Origin: an uncultured Planctomycetaceae bacterium | Lineage (GTDB): Bacteria; Planctomycetota; Planctomycetia; Planctomycetales; Planctomycetaceae | Assembly: GCA_963813715.1 (NCBI GenBank) | Contig: CAWFAK010000009.1 | Location: 320,001-384,000, forward strand | DNA: 64,000 bases | Direction: 5' to 3' | Part shown: piece by piece, positions 27,830 to 40,532 of the stretch | Layout: every line of letters starts with the position of its first letter | Position numbering within the stretch: the stretch's first letter is position 1 | Program-made: the position numbers and the translations under genes | The notes under the pieces: model-generated | What the model was told of the DNA's origin: nothing | The model's input: the letters and a program-made list of their open reading frames with translations, nothing else | The model's database searches: none

Positions 27830-30800
27830 ATGCCTTCCCTCCGCCACGCGGCCGGGCTGTTGCTTGCCTGCGCTGGGTTGCTGGGTTCGTTCGTCGGTTG
27901 CACCGCGCTGCGATTGACGAGCACGCCCAATAACCTGACGCTCGTCGCGACAGCGCCGCCTGCCAAAAGCTCCGGACTGCTCGAGGCAATTCACGCTTCG
28001 CTTACGTCCGAGTCGTGGCGCTTCAATCGCAACTGGACGCCCGCCGCCGAATGGGAGAACCGCAAGCGGCCCTTCCCCGCTCCCAACACGCTGCGCTGGT
28101 CGTTTGGCAAAAGCACGGAGCCAGTCGCCGAGAAGGACACTCGCGAAAACCTCCGCACCAACAAATCGGCTGACGCCAAGAAGAGCGCGAAGAACGCCAA
28201 GAACATTCCTCCTAAGAACTCGGAGCCGGCCGCCAAGAACCGACTCGGCCGGCAACTGGGATCCTTCGAAAGAGGAGGGCGGCACGACGAGCGACGTGAA
28301 AGCCGCCGACAAGAACAGGCAGCGACGATTCGATCGCCTGGGACGGTTTCTGGCCGTTGACCGTGTCGGATCTCGTGCATCGCAACGAGCGCGGCGAAGG
28401 TCGCTCCACCGAAGCAGCAGCCGCCACCGTCGACGACGGCATGCGCTGCCTGCATCAGTTGGCCCGCGTCGACAATCTGTCCGGGTGGAACGCGGCCATC
28501 CTGTGGGCTCAGCACGATCCGCAGTCGGCCGTCGAAATCGCCGACGTGCTCGAGCGGCTGATCGTTAACCCGCCCGCCTACGTGCTGGAGACGGGCGAAC
28601 GCGACTCGGGCGAGGCCACACCGCCCACAACGGACAAACAGGCTGCCGACGCGAATCACAAGCCCGGGCCGATCCAGCCGCCTCCCGTGGCCAAAAAACC
28701 CGCGCGAAAAATCGCGCCCGCCACGCAGGCCGCCGCGGCCGAGGCATGGTGCCTGGTGTTGGCCGCCAGCGCCGCCGAGCCGGTCGACGGGCTCGCGCCG
28801 GCCGGCCGCCTGCTCGAACGGGCCAACTTGCTCAACGCGGTGCGCGAAGAGCTGTTTTGCGGCGTGGCCGCCTGGGTGCCGCCCGCCCGCATCCCGCGTC
28901 TGGAAAATGCGCTCCGCCAGGGAGAGAAAAAGTCCCGCGCACCGATTGAGATCCGCCAGGCGGCCATCGATGCCTGCCTGATCTATGCAATCAACCAGAA
29001 GCAACCGCACGCCCGTGTTCCGGCCGTCGCCGCGAAGGCCGCCAAGCCGTCGTCCGATTGGCCGGCGACGGTGATGAGCTGCCGCATCGATCCCGATTTC
29101 CAAGTCCGCCGCGCGTTCATCGAATGGCTCGGCCGGGCCGCCCCCGAAGGGGCCTTTGAACTGTTGAAGAGGCAGGCCGAATCGGCCGAAGCGGGATTGC
29201 GACAAGCCGCGCTCGAATCGCTCGGCCGGCTGCACACCGACGCGGCTCACGCCGAGATCAAGGCCCAAGCCGATCGCACCCGCGACGGATTGCGGCCGCC
29301 TCGGTCCGAGCGCTCGCCGGGTGGGGAATCGAAGAGATCTCCGGTTACGCCCACGACCGCTCGCAAATCGTGCGGGTGACCGTCGCTCACGAGCTGGCCC
29401 GAGCGCAGACGATCGATTCGGCCGTGCTGCTCATGTCCCTCGTCGTCGACACCAGCGTGGAAGTGCAGGTCGCATCGGTGGACGCCGTCAAAGGCTGGCC
29501 GAACGATCTCGCCTTTCCGCTCCTCTTGCACGCCATGCGCGACAGCTCGGCCAAGACGCGGTTGGCGGCCTTCACACAGCTTTCGCAGCGGCGCAAGCTC
29601 GACGTCGATTATCGCTTCGACGGCCCGCCCGACCAGCGGCAAGCAGCCGTCAACGCGGTCGCCGCCGCCGTCGGCTCGTCGCTCAGCTATCTCGATCAAA
29701 TGCTGCGACGCGAGCCGCACGCCGTCTCGCAAGCCAGCGCACTGCGGGCGGCTGAAATTCGCGAGCACCTGGCCTCGCTCATCGAGAAACAGCTCCGAGT
29801 CGCCGGCGGCCAACGCGGCCCGCGAGTGGCTGGCCGGCATCGGCCCGAAGGATCTGCAGCGTCGTCGAAGCCTTCCTCAAGGATCCGACGAAAGCCTCGC
29901 CTGAGCCGATTTATCGCGACGTCCTGCCACGCATCAGCCCGATCTACGCGGCCCTCGTCGATCTGGAGAGCAGCGACCTCGACATCCGCCGCCGAGGCGC
30001 CCGCACGCTCGTCCGATCGTGGCCAGGCCGCCTCGCTCAGCCACCCGGTGCTCGCGCGGCTGCAGGAGCGGCTCTATCGCGAATCGGACGACCTCATCTG
30101 GCGGTGGGCGATGCTGGCCATCGCCTCCGACTCGACCGACGAATGCGCGCAGATCGCCAACCTGGCCCTGCATCATCAATCGGCCGAGGTGCGGCAGCTG
30201 GGCTGCGAATACCTGGGCCGCCACGGGCAGCCGGCCTACGCGGTCTGGCTGCTCGACTCTTGGACGATCGCGATCGTAGCGTGAAGCTGGCCGCCATCCG
30301 GGCGCTGGGCAACTGCGGCAACCTGGTCGCAGTCCGCGGCATTACGCCCGACAAGGCGCACCAATCGTCCCCCAATCTGCGGTCGCTGCTTAGCCAGCTC
30401 CGATGCGGGCGTGCGGTTTGCGGCCGCGGTCAGCCTGTGCCGACTGGGAACGCCCGGAGGGCATGCAGGAGCTGACCCGCCTGAGTTATCATCCCAATCC
30501 CGACACGCGGGAGCAGGCGGTGAAGGAGATGGGGCTGCTCGGGCCAGACGCGATTTGTCTCGCACCTGGTGACCCTGGGCTGGACCGAGCGGAACGCGCA
30601 GGTCCGCCAGGCCATCCTCGACAGCCTCGATCGACTCGTGCCGGAAGAGAATCGACCCGCGGGCACTTGGCGAGACACCGGCTCCGGATGCTAAGATCAA
30701 ATGCTGGGTGGAGTGGTTGCAGCAGCGAACGGCGAAGCGGCCACGCCGGCGATGCCGGAACGGCCGATCCCAAAGCGGCTCCGCTGGCAAAAGGCCCCGC

Positions 30801-30836
30801 CCGGGCGGTCCGGTCGTTTCGCGACCGGATGGCTAG
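27830..30836 (+). CDS. HEAT-repeat lipoprotein (many frameshifts; end approximate)
   Basis: Lipobox-like LLGSFVGC; HEAT motifs (LRQAALESLGRL, VQVASVDAV, VRQLGCEYLGRHG, VKLAAIRALGNCG) across successive frames. Confidence 0.65.
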
Positions 30837-30950
30837 GCGGACGAGATTGAACCGAACGAGGTTGATTCGTCGCGGCAGCGCATCAGTCTTACGGGCGGAC
30901 TCGCGGTCGTCGTCACGTTTTGTATTCGGATCGTCAATCGAAAGGTCTCC

Positions 30951-31317
30951 ATGTCCAAAGCCAAGGACGATTTCAAGCTCGAGTGGCACGGGAACGCGGT
31001 GGTGATCACTCCGGCCGCCAACGTCGAATCGATGCGCTGGGACCTGATCGAGCAGGCGGCCGACATCGTGATGTCCCCGATGCGCAACCAGGACATCCCG
31101 ATGGTGGTCTTCGACTTGAGCGACGTGGCCTATTTCGGCTCGGTCTTTCTGGCGCTGCTGCTGCGGTGCCACAAGTTCGTCAAGAGCCGCGGCGGGGAGC
31201 TGGTGCTGTGCGGAGCCAGCGAACTCGCGCAAGGAACTGCTGCGCGTGACGTCGCTCGACACGCTCTGGGCGATTTACGACACGCGCGAGGAGGCGCTCG
31301 ACGCGGTCGCCACGTAG
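30951..31317 (+). CDS. STAS-domain anti-sigma factor antagonist (frameshift near 31230)
   Basis: [27 protein letters not shown]; the shifted frame ends [26 protein letters not shown]. Confidence 0.88.
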
Positions 31318-31393
31318 CCGGTAGCGGTCCGCCCCAGGCGAGTGCCGGCTCCGATGGTCATTTCCGCAGTGAGGAAGGGAAGCCTCGGACCCC

Positions 31394-32475
31394 ATGATTG
31401 ACAAATCGCCTCTCGATGCCGCTTCGGTCCCCGCCTCCGCCGGCGATGGACCGGCCACGCCGCCGTCCGTTCCGGGCACGCCCTCCCCGGTCCGCGAGCC
31501 GCACTCGACCCTGGTCGACGAGATCAAGGCGACGGCCGACAAGCTGGCGGCCGACGGCGCGACGCGCGGCGACCTCAAGATCCTCTCCCGCGTCCTCCGC
31601 GAGCTGCGCTACGCGTTCAAGGTCTTCACGCCCTACCGGCGGCAATTCAAGGTGACCGTCTTCGGCTCGGCCCGCACGGCCCGCGAAAATCCGGCCTACC
31701 TGCAGTCGGTCGAGTTCGGCCGGCGGATGGCGGACGCCAGCTGGATGGTCGTCACCGGGGCCGGCGGCGGCATCATGGAGGGAGCCCACGTCGGCGCCGG
31801 CAAAGAAATGTCGATGGGCGTCAACATCATGCTCCCCTTCGAGCAGGAATCGAACGCCGTCATCTCGCAGGACCAGAAGCTCGTCCACCTCAAATACTTC
31901 TTCACGCGGAAGCTGCTGTTCGTCAAAGAGGTGCACGCCGTCGCCCTGTTTCCCGGCGGCTTCGGCACGCAGGACGAAGGCTTCGAGACGCTGACGCTCG
32001 TGCAGACCGGCAAACGCGACCCGATGCCCATCGTGCTGCTCGACGAGCCGGGCGGCACGTATTGGACCGCCTGGCAGCAGTTCGTCGACGACGAGCTTTT
32101 GGGCCGCGAGCTGATTTCGCCGGAGGACCTCGCGCTGTTCAAGGTCACCGACGACGTCGGAGAGGCCGTCAACGAGATCATCGGCTTTTATTCCGCGTAC
32201 AATAGCATGCGCTACGTCCGCGACCAGTTGATGATTCGGCTGAACCACGAACCGCCCGACGCGCTGGTCGAGCGGCTGAACGCCGAATTCGCCGACATCC
32301 TCGATCTCGGGCCGCATCACCAAAACGACCGTGCACCGGCTCGAGACCGACGACGAGCATCTCAAAGAACTTGCCGCGGCTGATGATGCACTTCAACCGC
32401 AGAAACTTCGGCCGCCTGCGGCAAATGATCGACCTGCTCAACAAAGAGCTGGGCCAGACGCCTCAAACAAAGTGA
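31394..32475 (+). CDS. LOG family protein (TIGR00730-like nucleotide-binding; C-terminal frameshifts)
   Basis: [35 protein letters not shown]; shifted tail [15 protein letters not shown] ends at TGA 32473-32475. Confidence 0.88.
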
Positions 32476-32569
32476 CCCCGAGCCGCGAACGTTAGTCCCG
32501 GAGAACTTGCCTTTCCGACTGAATTTGTCGCTCCACTGACGTCACCGACCACTCCGACCCTCAACATCC

Positions 32570-33527
32570 ATGCCCGCCATCTATCTCACCGAAGACGATG
32601 TCCGCGAGCTGCTCGACGTGGACACGGCCATCCCGCTCGTCGAGGCGGCGTTTCGCAACCTGGCCGACGGCAAGGCGAAAACGTTCCCCGCGCCCGCGCG
32701 TTCGCCAAGGGCATCGCGCTGCACGCGATGAGTGCGGCGGCCGAATACCTGGGCTATCGTCGGCTGGAAGGTCTACACGACGACCCGCCGCGGCGCCCGC
32801 TTTCACGTCGGCCTCTCGGAGATCGCCACCGGCGAACTGGTCGCGCTGATCGAGGCCGATTATCTGGGACAGGTCCGCACCGGCTCCGCCAGCGGCGTCG
32901 CCACTGAGTGCATGGCCCGCGGCCGACGCCCGCACCGTCGGCCTCTTCGGCACGGGCAAGCAGGCCCGCACCCAGCTCAAGGCCGTCTGCAGCGTGCGGC
33001 GGATCGAGCGGGTCGAAGTCTATTCCCGCAACGCCGAGCGGCGCGAAAAGTTCGCCGCCGAGATGAGCGAGTTCTGCGGCACTCGCGTCGTGGCCGTCCA
33101 TTCGCCGCAAGAGGCGGTTCGCGAGAAGGACATCGTGATCTGCGCCACGACCAGCGAGGTCCCGCTCTTCGAGGGCCGCGACCTCGACCCGGGAACGCAC
33201 CTCAACGTCGTCGGCTCGAATTATCTCGCCAAGGCCGAGATCGACGTCGACACCGATCCGCCGGGCCGACATCATCGTCTGCGATTCGATCGAAGCCTGC
33301 CGCCGCGAGGCGGGCGATTTCGTCGCCGCCCTCGAAGCGGGCGTCACCGACTGGGCCCTGATGCACGACCTGGGCGACGTCGTCACCGGCCGCCAAACGG
33401 GCCGCGCCCACGCCGAGCAGATCACGCTCTTCAAATCGGTCGGCCTGGCGATCGAAGACGTCGCCGCTGCCGTGCACGTCTACCACCGCGCCCGCGCGAA
33501 AACATCGGCCAAGCGTGCCCGTTTTAG
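32570..33527 (+). CDS. Ornithine cyclodeaminase/mu-crystallin family protein (frameshifted)
   Basis: [52 protein letters not shown] across frames. Confidence 0.88.
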
Positions 33528-33894
33528 ATGACGGAAATCGCGGGCATGCGCGGCATTGCGTCGGGTGGCCGGGGCGCTCTGCGCAGCGGAAGCCCCGGAA
33601 CATTGACTCGCTTACGGCCGCCAGCATTCTATTGACGACGGTGGCCGCACCTCAACGAGCGCAGGGCCATTCGAGTAAAAGATCGGTCGGCATGCCGACC
33701 GATCGCTGACGACTAAACGGGGGCTTCCGCAAGGCGGAAGCCGCCCGTCGACGTGGTCGGGGCGATCCGTGGACGAGCCGCTCTGCCACGCACCAAATTG
33801 AAAGCGGTGGGTCGATCTAACTAGGATGGAGCGCGCGTGAGTTCGATTTTGGTTCCAAGGCACTCTTCGTGGCCGATTGGGCGGAGGGACCGAG

Positions 33895-34934
33895 ATGAGC
33901 CAGGAATCACAAAAGATCGTTGCCGACGGGGCTGAGGACGGTCGGCCGTCGCGCAAGGCGATTGTTTCGCGACTCATTATTTCGAGCAGTGCGGCGTTAG
34001 CACTCCTCGGCGGTTCGGCGGCAGCGCAAGCCCGCCTGCAGCCGACCCCCTGCCGTCCGGCGAGGTACTCTGCGAGAAGATGATCGCCGCAAGCGACAGC
34101 GTCTCTCGCGGGAGTGTCCACGTTGATGTTCTCATCTGGGACGACAATCAACCTGAACCGGGAAAGAGCACTTATTTCCTCGTCTTCGATGACGAGAAGA
34201 AAATGCTCCGCTGTGACCGCGACACGAAGTCTCGCCACACCAAATACGTGCGCACCCCCACGAAAAGCTTGTACCAGCTCCTGATGCCGCAGGCCGATGC
34301 GATCCAAGTCGGGGCCCCTGACCGTGATCTATCCGGCTTGCGTGATCAGCCGCTTGAGCCGCACCTCTTGTGGTTTGCCGGCGCTGGCACCTTTCTGTTT
34401 CGGGGACGCTATTCACCCATAGTTTCTCGCTTGCGACAAGAGGCGCCGAAAACGACCGTATCGAAAGACAATCACGGCAGAATTCTCTTCCGGTGGGCGA
34501 CGACCCTGGACATCTCCGTGATCAGTCCCGCGGATAAGCGTCCTCGGATGAAACCGGCCGAACTCATTGATACGTTGATCGTCGATCCGGCGCTCGGCTT
34601 CGTTCCAGTTGTCACGATGCATGCCACGAGATTGGACGAGTCAACGACATCAGTGATAAACGAGTTGTCGGAAATTCAGTACGAAAAGAAAAATGGCTAT
34701 TTCGTTCCCGTCGCGATTGATATCCGCGGGAATGGAAACCTCAAGATCAAGGCGACATGCCGCTGGCAGTCGGTGAACGGAGATATTGATCCCAAGGTCT
34801 TCACGGTTGAGGGATTTGAGCCCAAGAAGGGGACGGCTATCTTCGACCTTAAGGGGCCCCAGCCGGTCTTCCTCGGTTTCACCGGCAAAGCGGCTCAGGA
34901 TGGTCGAGGACCGCAACACCCCCGCTGTCGGTAA
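33895..34934 (+). CDS. Secreted hypothetical protein with atypical, lower-GC codon usage (frameshift near 34050)
   Basis: GGAGG RBS; signal-like LIISSSAALALLGGSAAAQA; continues in ORF 34080..34934 with a beta-rich LolA-like pattern ending IDPKVFTVEGF. Confidence 0.55.
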
Positions 34935-35391
34935 TTTGAAGCCGACTGACGACCGGCCGCTCAGCGCTGCAATCGCCCGTAGAAAACTGATCTTGGCCAA
35001 TCGGGCGTTTATGGCAGAATGGAAATAGCCGCTCGTGCGCCACGGGCTCCGGCGCACATTGCGGCTTGAGCACAGTTGGGGTGCGCCCCAGTGCGGCGCC
35101 AGTCCGACGTCTAGCGGAACATTGGCACGGGACGGGTTTGCTGGCCGGTGGGAGCGGACGCGAGCTGCGGAGTGGATCGATCCGTTTTTGTCCGCCGGGT
35201 AAAAAAGCTCCGCATCGGAGTAGAAAAAAAGATCCCCGGCAGCGTCAGTGAGTTGAACCGACCCAAGCCGAGCGGACCGATCGAACTCCGGTCCGGACAC
35301 TTTCATCGACAGGGGGCTCAGTACTTTCACGGGGGGTTGGGTCACAATTTTTTACTGTATAGGTGCCCCACGAAATTCGTGACCCATCGGA

Positions 35392-35592
35392 CTAACCCGG
35401 AAAGAGCCTGCGGCGTGACGCGAGACGAAGGGCCACATTCCGAAATAGCACGCCCAATACGACGCCCCAGAGCACCACCAGGGCGCCGGGGTTCCCGGCA
35501 AGCATCAGCATCAGAAAGAGCCAGGCTGCCGGTCGCCGCAGGCGCAACAAGATCCCCGGTTCGATCAGGTCATCATCGGGTTTGTCGCTCAT
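35392..35592 (-). CDS. Small two-TM membrane protein (66 aa)
   Basis: AAWLFLMLMLAGNPGALVVLWGVVLGVLF hydrophobic hairpin; no recognisable family. Confidence 0.45.
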   Translation of the reverse strand: MSDKPDDDLIEPGILLRLRRPAAWLFLMLMLAGNPGALVVLWGVVLGVLFRNVALRLASRRRLFPG

Positions 35593-35684
35593 GCCGCGAT
35601 TATACCCGGGGACGCTTCCTCCCTAGCGCAGGAAGCCCCGATTGGCGGGACGGGACTCATTCGTGGCCGGCCGCCAGGTGCTTT

Positions 35685-35790
35685 GCGCGGTGGGACCACT
35701 TGTCCCGCCGGGACCACCTGAAGTGGTCCCGGCGTGACGGTACCCTCACATTTGACATAAGGGGGGATCGAAAAAGTGGTCCCACCGCGC
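35685..35790. repeat. Nested inverted-repeat element with four GGGACCAC motifs
   Basis: 17-bp perfect outer IR GCGCGGTGGGACCACTT/AAGTGGTCCCACCGCGC and 12-bp inner IR at 35706-35734. Confidence 0.85.
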
Positions 35791-35947
35791 CTGAGCCGAC
35801 GGCGCCAGAATTCGTGTTCGTAAGGTGTGACCAGGCCGGCTTTGCGGCCGCTGGCAGACCGTCGGCATCGTCAGAGTCGCCGCTCATCAAAAGCCGGTGT
35901 GCCTGCGCCCGCTGCGCGGGCTGGTCACACGCTACGACGAATAGAGC

Positions 35948-37117
35948 CTACGTTCGCGCCGGTTCGGCTCGTTGGGCGATCAGGGCGTCGAGCTCCGCCT
36001 TGAGCCGCGGGAGAATCTCGTCGTAGGGGTAGGCCCCGAGTTCTTTTTCGCCCTTCTTCAGGTTGACGAAGTTCGGGGCGCACCACAGACCGAGGTCGGC
36101 GTCGTCGGTTTCGCCGGGGCCGTTCACGCGGCAGCCCATCACGGCGATGGTGATCGCGTAGTCCTTGGCGTAGGCGGTCAGTTCCTTCACCTGGGCGGCC
36201 AGGTCGACGAAGGCTTCGTTCTCGACCCGCGAGCAGCTCGGGCAACTGATGATGTTGAGCGACTTGAGCCCAAAGTCGACCACGCTCCGCACGCGGCCGG
36301 CGGCGATGTCGGACAGAATTTGCTTCCCGGCGGCGATCTCTTCCTGCTTGCGGTCGTTGGGAACCGTGAGCGACACGCGGATCGTGTCGCCGATGCCGCG
36401 GCTGATCAGCTGCTCGAAGGCAATCCGCGTTTTGATGATGCCGTCGGGCGGCATGCCGGCTTCCGTCACGCCCAGGTGCAGCGGCACGTCGGGACGGGCT
36501 TCGGCAAAGCGGCGGTTGACCTCGATCACCTTTGCCGGATCGGAATCCTTGAGCGAGACGCAGTACTGCGTGAAGCCGATCGAATCGAGGAACTCGCAGT
36601 GATCGAGGGCACTCGCCAGCATGGGACCGATCGAGTCGGTCGGGGCGAACTGCTCCTTCTTGTCCGGATCGACCGAGCCGCAGTTCACGCCGACTCGGAT
36701 GGCGCAGTCGTGCTCGGCCGCGATGCCGGCAATGTACCGCACCTTCTCCTGCCACGGCTTTTGCCGCTCGTGGTGATAGAGGTGGCCCGGGTTATAGCGG
36801 AGCTTGGCGACGAACGGGGCGACCTGCTCGGCCAGGCGATAGTTCTCCTGCAAGTCGACGGCCAGGTTGGCATTCGTGCGGTCGTTGATTTGAGCGAGGG
36901 CGTCGGCCTCTTTCTTGCTGTCGACGGCCACGCGGACGACGTCGGCCCCGGCATCCGTCAGCGCGTTGATCTGCCGGACGGTCGCCTCGACGTCGGTCGT
37001 CTTGGTCGCCGTCATGCTCTGGACGGCAATCGGCCGGCCGGCGCCGATCTCGACGGTGCCGATGCGGACGACCCGCGTCGGATTGCGTTTCGAGGTTCGA
37101 TTCAGATCATCCGTCAT
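35948..37117 (-). CDS. ispG: (E)-4-hydroxy-3-methylbut-2-enyl-diphosphate synthase
   Basis: [61 protein letters not shown]. Confidence 0.97.
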   Translation of the reverse strand: MTDDLNRTSKRNPTRVVRIGTVEIGAGRPIAVQSMTATKTTDVEATVRQINALTDAGADVVRVAVDSKKEADALAQINDRTNANLAVDLQENYRLAEQVAPFVAKLRYNPGHLYHHERQKPWQEKVRYIAGIAAEHDCAIRVGVNCGSVDPDKKEQFAPTDSIGPMLASALDHCEFLDSIGFTQYCVSLKDSDPAKVIEVNRRFAEARPDVPLHLGVTEAGMPPDGIIKTRIAFEQLISRGIGDTIRVSLTVPNDRKQEEIAAGKQILSDIAAGRVRSVVDFGLKSLNIISCPSCSRVENEAFVDLAAQVKELTAYAKDYAITIAVMGCRVNGPGETDDADLGLWCAPNFVNLKKGEKELGAYPYDEILPRLKAELDALIAQRAEPART

Positions 37118-37595
37118 CGAGAACAACTCCCGCCGTGGGGATCGGGGAAACGCATGGACCGAGCGGGGCAGCGACGACTTTCGCCCGTCGACCGCGACCC
37201 CCCTCGACACTTTAGGGGCACTTGATTGTAAAACCCACCGTCGCGACCGCCAATTCTTTCGCCCGCAATCGCCCGGTTTGGCGGCCGAATCCGGGGCGGC
37301 GACACGGGATCCGTCAGCTCCCTCAGGGTTTGCGGGACCGCCCGAATTCACCGGCCGCGGATCCGACATTGACACACTAAGTCATGCCGACTACAAGTCT
37401 TCCGTTTTCCAGGGCGTCCGCCTCACCGGACACTTTCGGGCCCCTCACCTCGGCCAATCAGCACGCTCGGCCCCGATCCCAGGTCTTCCACGTCCGCTCA
37501 ATATCCGGTCAATCCAAACTGCGTCCCGACTGCGTCCAGAACGCCGCCGTGATCGTCGCAGTTCGAAAACGAACTTCGTTCGAGAAGGACTCGTC

Positions 37596-39031
37596 ATGCG
37601 CCGACTCGCGCTTTTGCCGTCTTGCTGGGGCTCTGCGGATGTAGTTCGCGTACGGCGCCGTCGACGGTCGATCAGGCGGCCGAATCGCTGCCGACGAGCG
37701 ACGTCACCCGGGTCGGCAGCGGGCCGGGCTCGAGTTCGGCAGGGTCGGCGAAGACGGCTTCGTCCGAGAAGGCCAGTGCTCCGTCGTACCTGGGGCCGCA
37801 CGACGAGTCATTTGGCCGCCTGTCGTCGAACGCGAAGGCCGAACTCGAGCGGGCCGAGCAGCAGATTCGCGAAGGCCAGCTCGGCACGGCCGTGCAGACG
37901 CTGAGCCTGTTGATCGGCGAGAATCCGAAAAACTCGCTGGCCTTCGTCCTCCGCGGGGAAGCAAACGCCCAACGCAAGAACGACGCCGACGCCCTGGCCG
38001 ACTTCAGCACGGCCGTCGAGCTGGAGCCGAACAACGCGGACCGCCTGTCGGCCCGCGGGTTTTTCTGCCTGTCGCGCGGCAACACGGTCGACGCGCTGGC
38101 CGACTTCAACCGGGCAATCGAAATCGACCCGAAGAACGCCCGGGCGCACAACAACCGGGGCATGGCCCGGCTGACCAGCGGCGACATCAAAAAGGCGATC
38201 GAAGACTTCAACACGTGTATCCAGCTCGATCCGCGGTTTGTTGCCGCCTACAACAACCGCAGCTTTGCGTTGGCCAAGTCCGACCGCCGCCAGGAAGCGC
38301 TGGCCGACCTCGACAAGGCGCTCGAACTCGATCCGAAGGCGCCGGGCACGTACGACAATCGCGGCGCCCTGCTGCTCGACGCCCAGGAATACGAGAAGGC
38401 ACTGGCCGACTTCACGCGGGCGATTCAGTTCGACGCGTACAACGGCAACTACTACGTCCATCATCGGATCGCGCTCACCAGCCTGAAGCGGTTTGCGGAC
38501 GCCCAGGCCGACACGGTGCGGATCGACCGGCTGGCCCAACTGTCGCTGCTCAATCAGGCCGTCTTTCGCGATCGAGCAAATCCCAAGGTGTACATCGATC
38601 GCGGCAACTACTTCCTCGACGACAACGAACTCGACAGCGCACTGGCTAACTTCAACCGGGCGCTGGAGCTCGATGCCAGGAACGCTACGGCCCTGACGCA
38701 GCGGTCGCGGGCCTGGCTCCGCCATGGCGACGCTGAGAAGGCGCTCGCGGACGCGACGGCCTCCCTGGACATCGAACACCGCGAAGAAACCTTCGGCGTG
38801 CGGGGCGATGCCTACCGCAAGCTGCAACAGTATGACAAGGCGATCGCCGACTACGATGCCGCGCAGCGGATTGATCAGGACGTCGCCGAGACGTGGACGC
38901 TGTATGCCCAGTCGCTGCAGCAAGCCGGCCGCACCAAACAGGCCGAAGAGGCGCTGCGTCGTGCGGCCGACCTCAAGGCACTCAACGCGCCGACGGCCGT
39001 CGCCGCCGCGCCGAGCAAGCCGCGCAGCTGA
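37596..39031 (+). CDS. Tetratricopeptide-repeat lipoprotein (frameshift in the signal peptide near 37620)
   Basis: MRRLALL..LGLCGC lipobox; many TPR units (ALADFNRAIEIDPKNARAHNNRG). Confidence 0.88.
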
Positions 39032-39211
39032 CCGCAGTCGGCCCGGCGACCTGTGATCGGAATGGGCCGATTTTTCGCTGTCGCCGGCGATCGGTTGGCT
39101 GTCCGCGTTTTTCGCGGGCTGATAGCATATCGGCGGTCCATTCGTTCCGAGTCGATCGTCCCCGCATGATCGACGGCACGTTGATCGTCACCGCAATCGC
39201 AGGAGCCACCG

Positions 39212-40024
39212 ATGGGTTTGTTCGAGGGGAAAAAAGGGCTGATCTTCGGGATCGCCAACGACCATTCCATCGCCTGGGCCATCACCGAAAAGTTGCACGC
39301 CGAAGGGGCGGAGATGGGCTTTTCCCATCTGCCGGACAAGGATCCGGAACGTCCGCGGATGGAACGGCGGGTGCGGAAGCTGGTCGAGCCGCTGGGAGCC
39401 AAGCTGATCCTGCCCTGCGACGTCACCCGCGATGAAGACCTCGACCGCATTTTTGCCGCAGCCAAGGAGCAACTCGGCCCGCTCGACTTCGTCCTGCACT
39501 CGGTGGCTTACGCTCCTCTCGAAGATCTGCAAGGTCCGGTGTACAACGTCAGCCGCGACGGCTTCAAGCTGGCGATGGAAATCAGCGTCTACAGCCTGCT
39601 GACGATCGCCCGCCGCGCCCGCGAGGCGCTCAAGCCGGGCGGCAGCCTGCTCACGCTCACCTACCTGGGGGGCGAGACGGTGATCCCCGGCTACAACGTG
39701 ATGGGCATCTGCAAGGCGGCCTTGGAAAGCTCGACCCGCTACCTGGCCAGCGAGCTGGGAGCAAGCAACATTCGCGTCAACGCCCTCTCCGCCGGGCCGC
39801 TCAAAACGCTCAGCTCGTCGGCCGTCGGCGAGTTCGATCAGATGCTCAAGCTCTACACGACGTTCTCACCCTTGAAGCGCAACATTTCGCCCGAGGAAGT
39901 CGCCAACGCCGGCATGTATTTGTTGAGTCATCTCGCCGGCGGCATTACCGGGGAGACGCTGCACGTCGACGCCGGTTACCACATCATGGGTGCCCCGCCG
40001 GCCGACATGCACGCCAAGCTGTGA
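39212..40024 (+). CDS. fabI: Enoyl-ACP reductase
   Basis: [44 protein letters not shown]. Confidence 0.95.
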   Translation: MGLFEGKKGLIFGIANDHSIAWAITEKLHAEGAEMGFSHLPDKDPERPRMERRVRKLVEPLGAKLILPCDVTRDEDLDRIFAAAKEQLGPLDFVLHSVAYAPLEDLQGPVYNVSRDGFKLAMEISVYSLLTIARRAREALKPGGSLLTLTYLGGETVIPGYNVMGICKAALESSTRYLASELGASNIRVNALSAGPLKTLSSSAVGEFDQMLKLYTTFSPLKRNISPEEVANAGMYLLSHLAGGITGETLHVDAGYHIMGAPPADMHAKL

Positions 40025-40437
40025 CGCCGACGGACGAACCGCGGGAGCGCGTCGCGATCGCTGTCGTCGAGCACGCGGGACGGTATCTCGTGGGGACGCG
40101 GCGGGCCGACCAGGCGCTCGCCGGCCGGGCCGAGTTCCCCGGCGGACGCTGTCTGTCTGGCGAAGAGGGCTCCGCCTGTGCCGTCCGCGAGTGTCGCGAA
40201 GAAACGGGGCTGGCGGTCATAGCCGTCCGCCAGTTGGTCGCGTGCCGTCATACGTATCCGCACGGGGCACTCGATCTCGAGTTCTGGCTGTGCCGGCCGG
40301 CCGCTGAGCAGGACGCGGACCCGGTGGCCGGCGGTTTTCGCTGGGTGCTGGCAGAGTCGTTAAAGTCGCTCGACTTTCCCGAAGCGAATCGGGCCGTGCT
40401 GGAAATTCTCTCCGCTGGCCCCCGATCCGCGAGCTAG
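40021..40437 (+). CDS. NUDIX hydrolase (MutT-like)
   Basis: [16 protein letters not shown]udix box, HTYPH, FPEAN; GTGA overlap with fabI. Confidence 0.9.
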   Translation: MTPTDEPRERVAIAVVEHAGRYLVGTRRADQALAGRAEFPGGRCLSGEEGSACAVRECREETGLAVIAVRQLVACRHTYPHGALDLEFWLCRPAAEQDADPVAGGFRWVLAESLKSLDFPEANRAVLEILSAGPRSAS

Positions 40438-40532
40438 ATTTGCCCGTCGGCACTTGCAAGTTGCCGTCTCAGCGTTGTTGTCTCAGCACAGGTCGGGCCA
40501 CCTCGTACGCTCCTCTGCCTTCGGATCGCACC

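Noticed and set aside
24900..33527. Programmed ribosomal frameshifting or phase variation
   Set aside because: Breaks are numerous, scattered in GC-rich context, and lack consistent slippery heptamers or long homopolymer tracts; sequencing error is more parsimonious.
34650..35345. 231-aa minus-strand ORF and overlapping 35148..36026 plus-strand ORF
   Set aside because: No codon bias, RBS or family motif; they overlap the 34080..34934 gene and ispG respectively.
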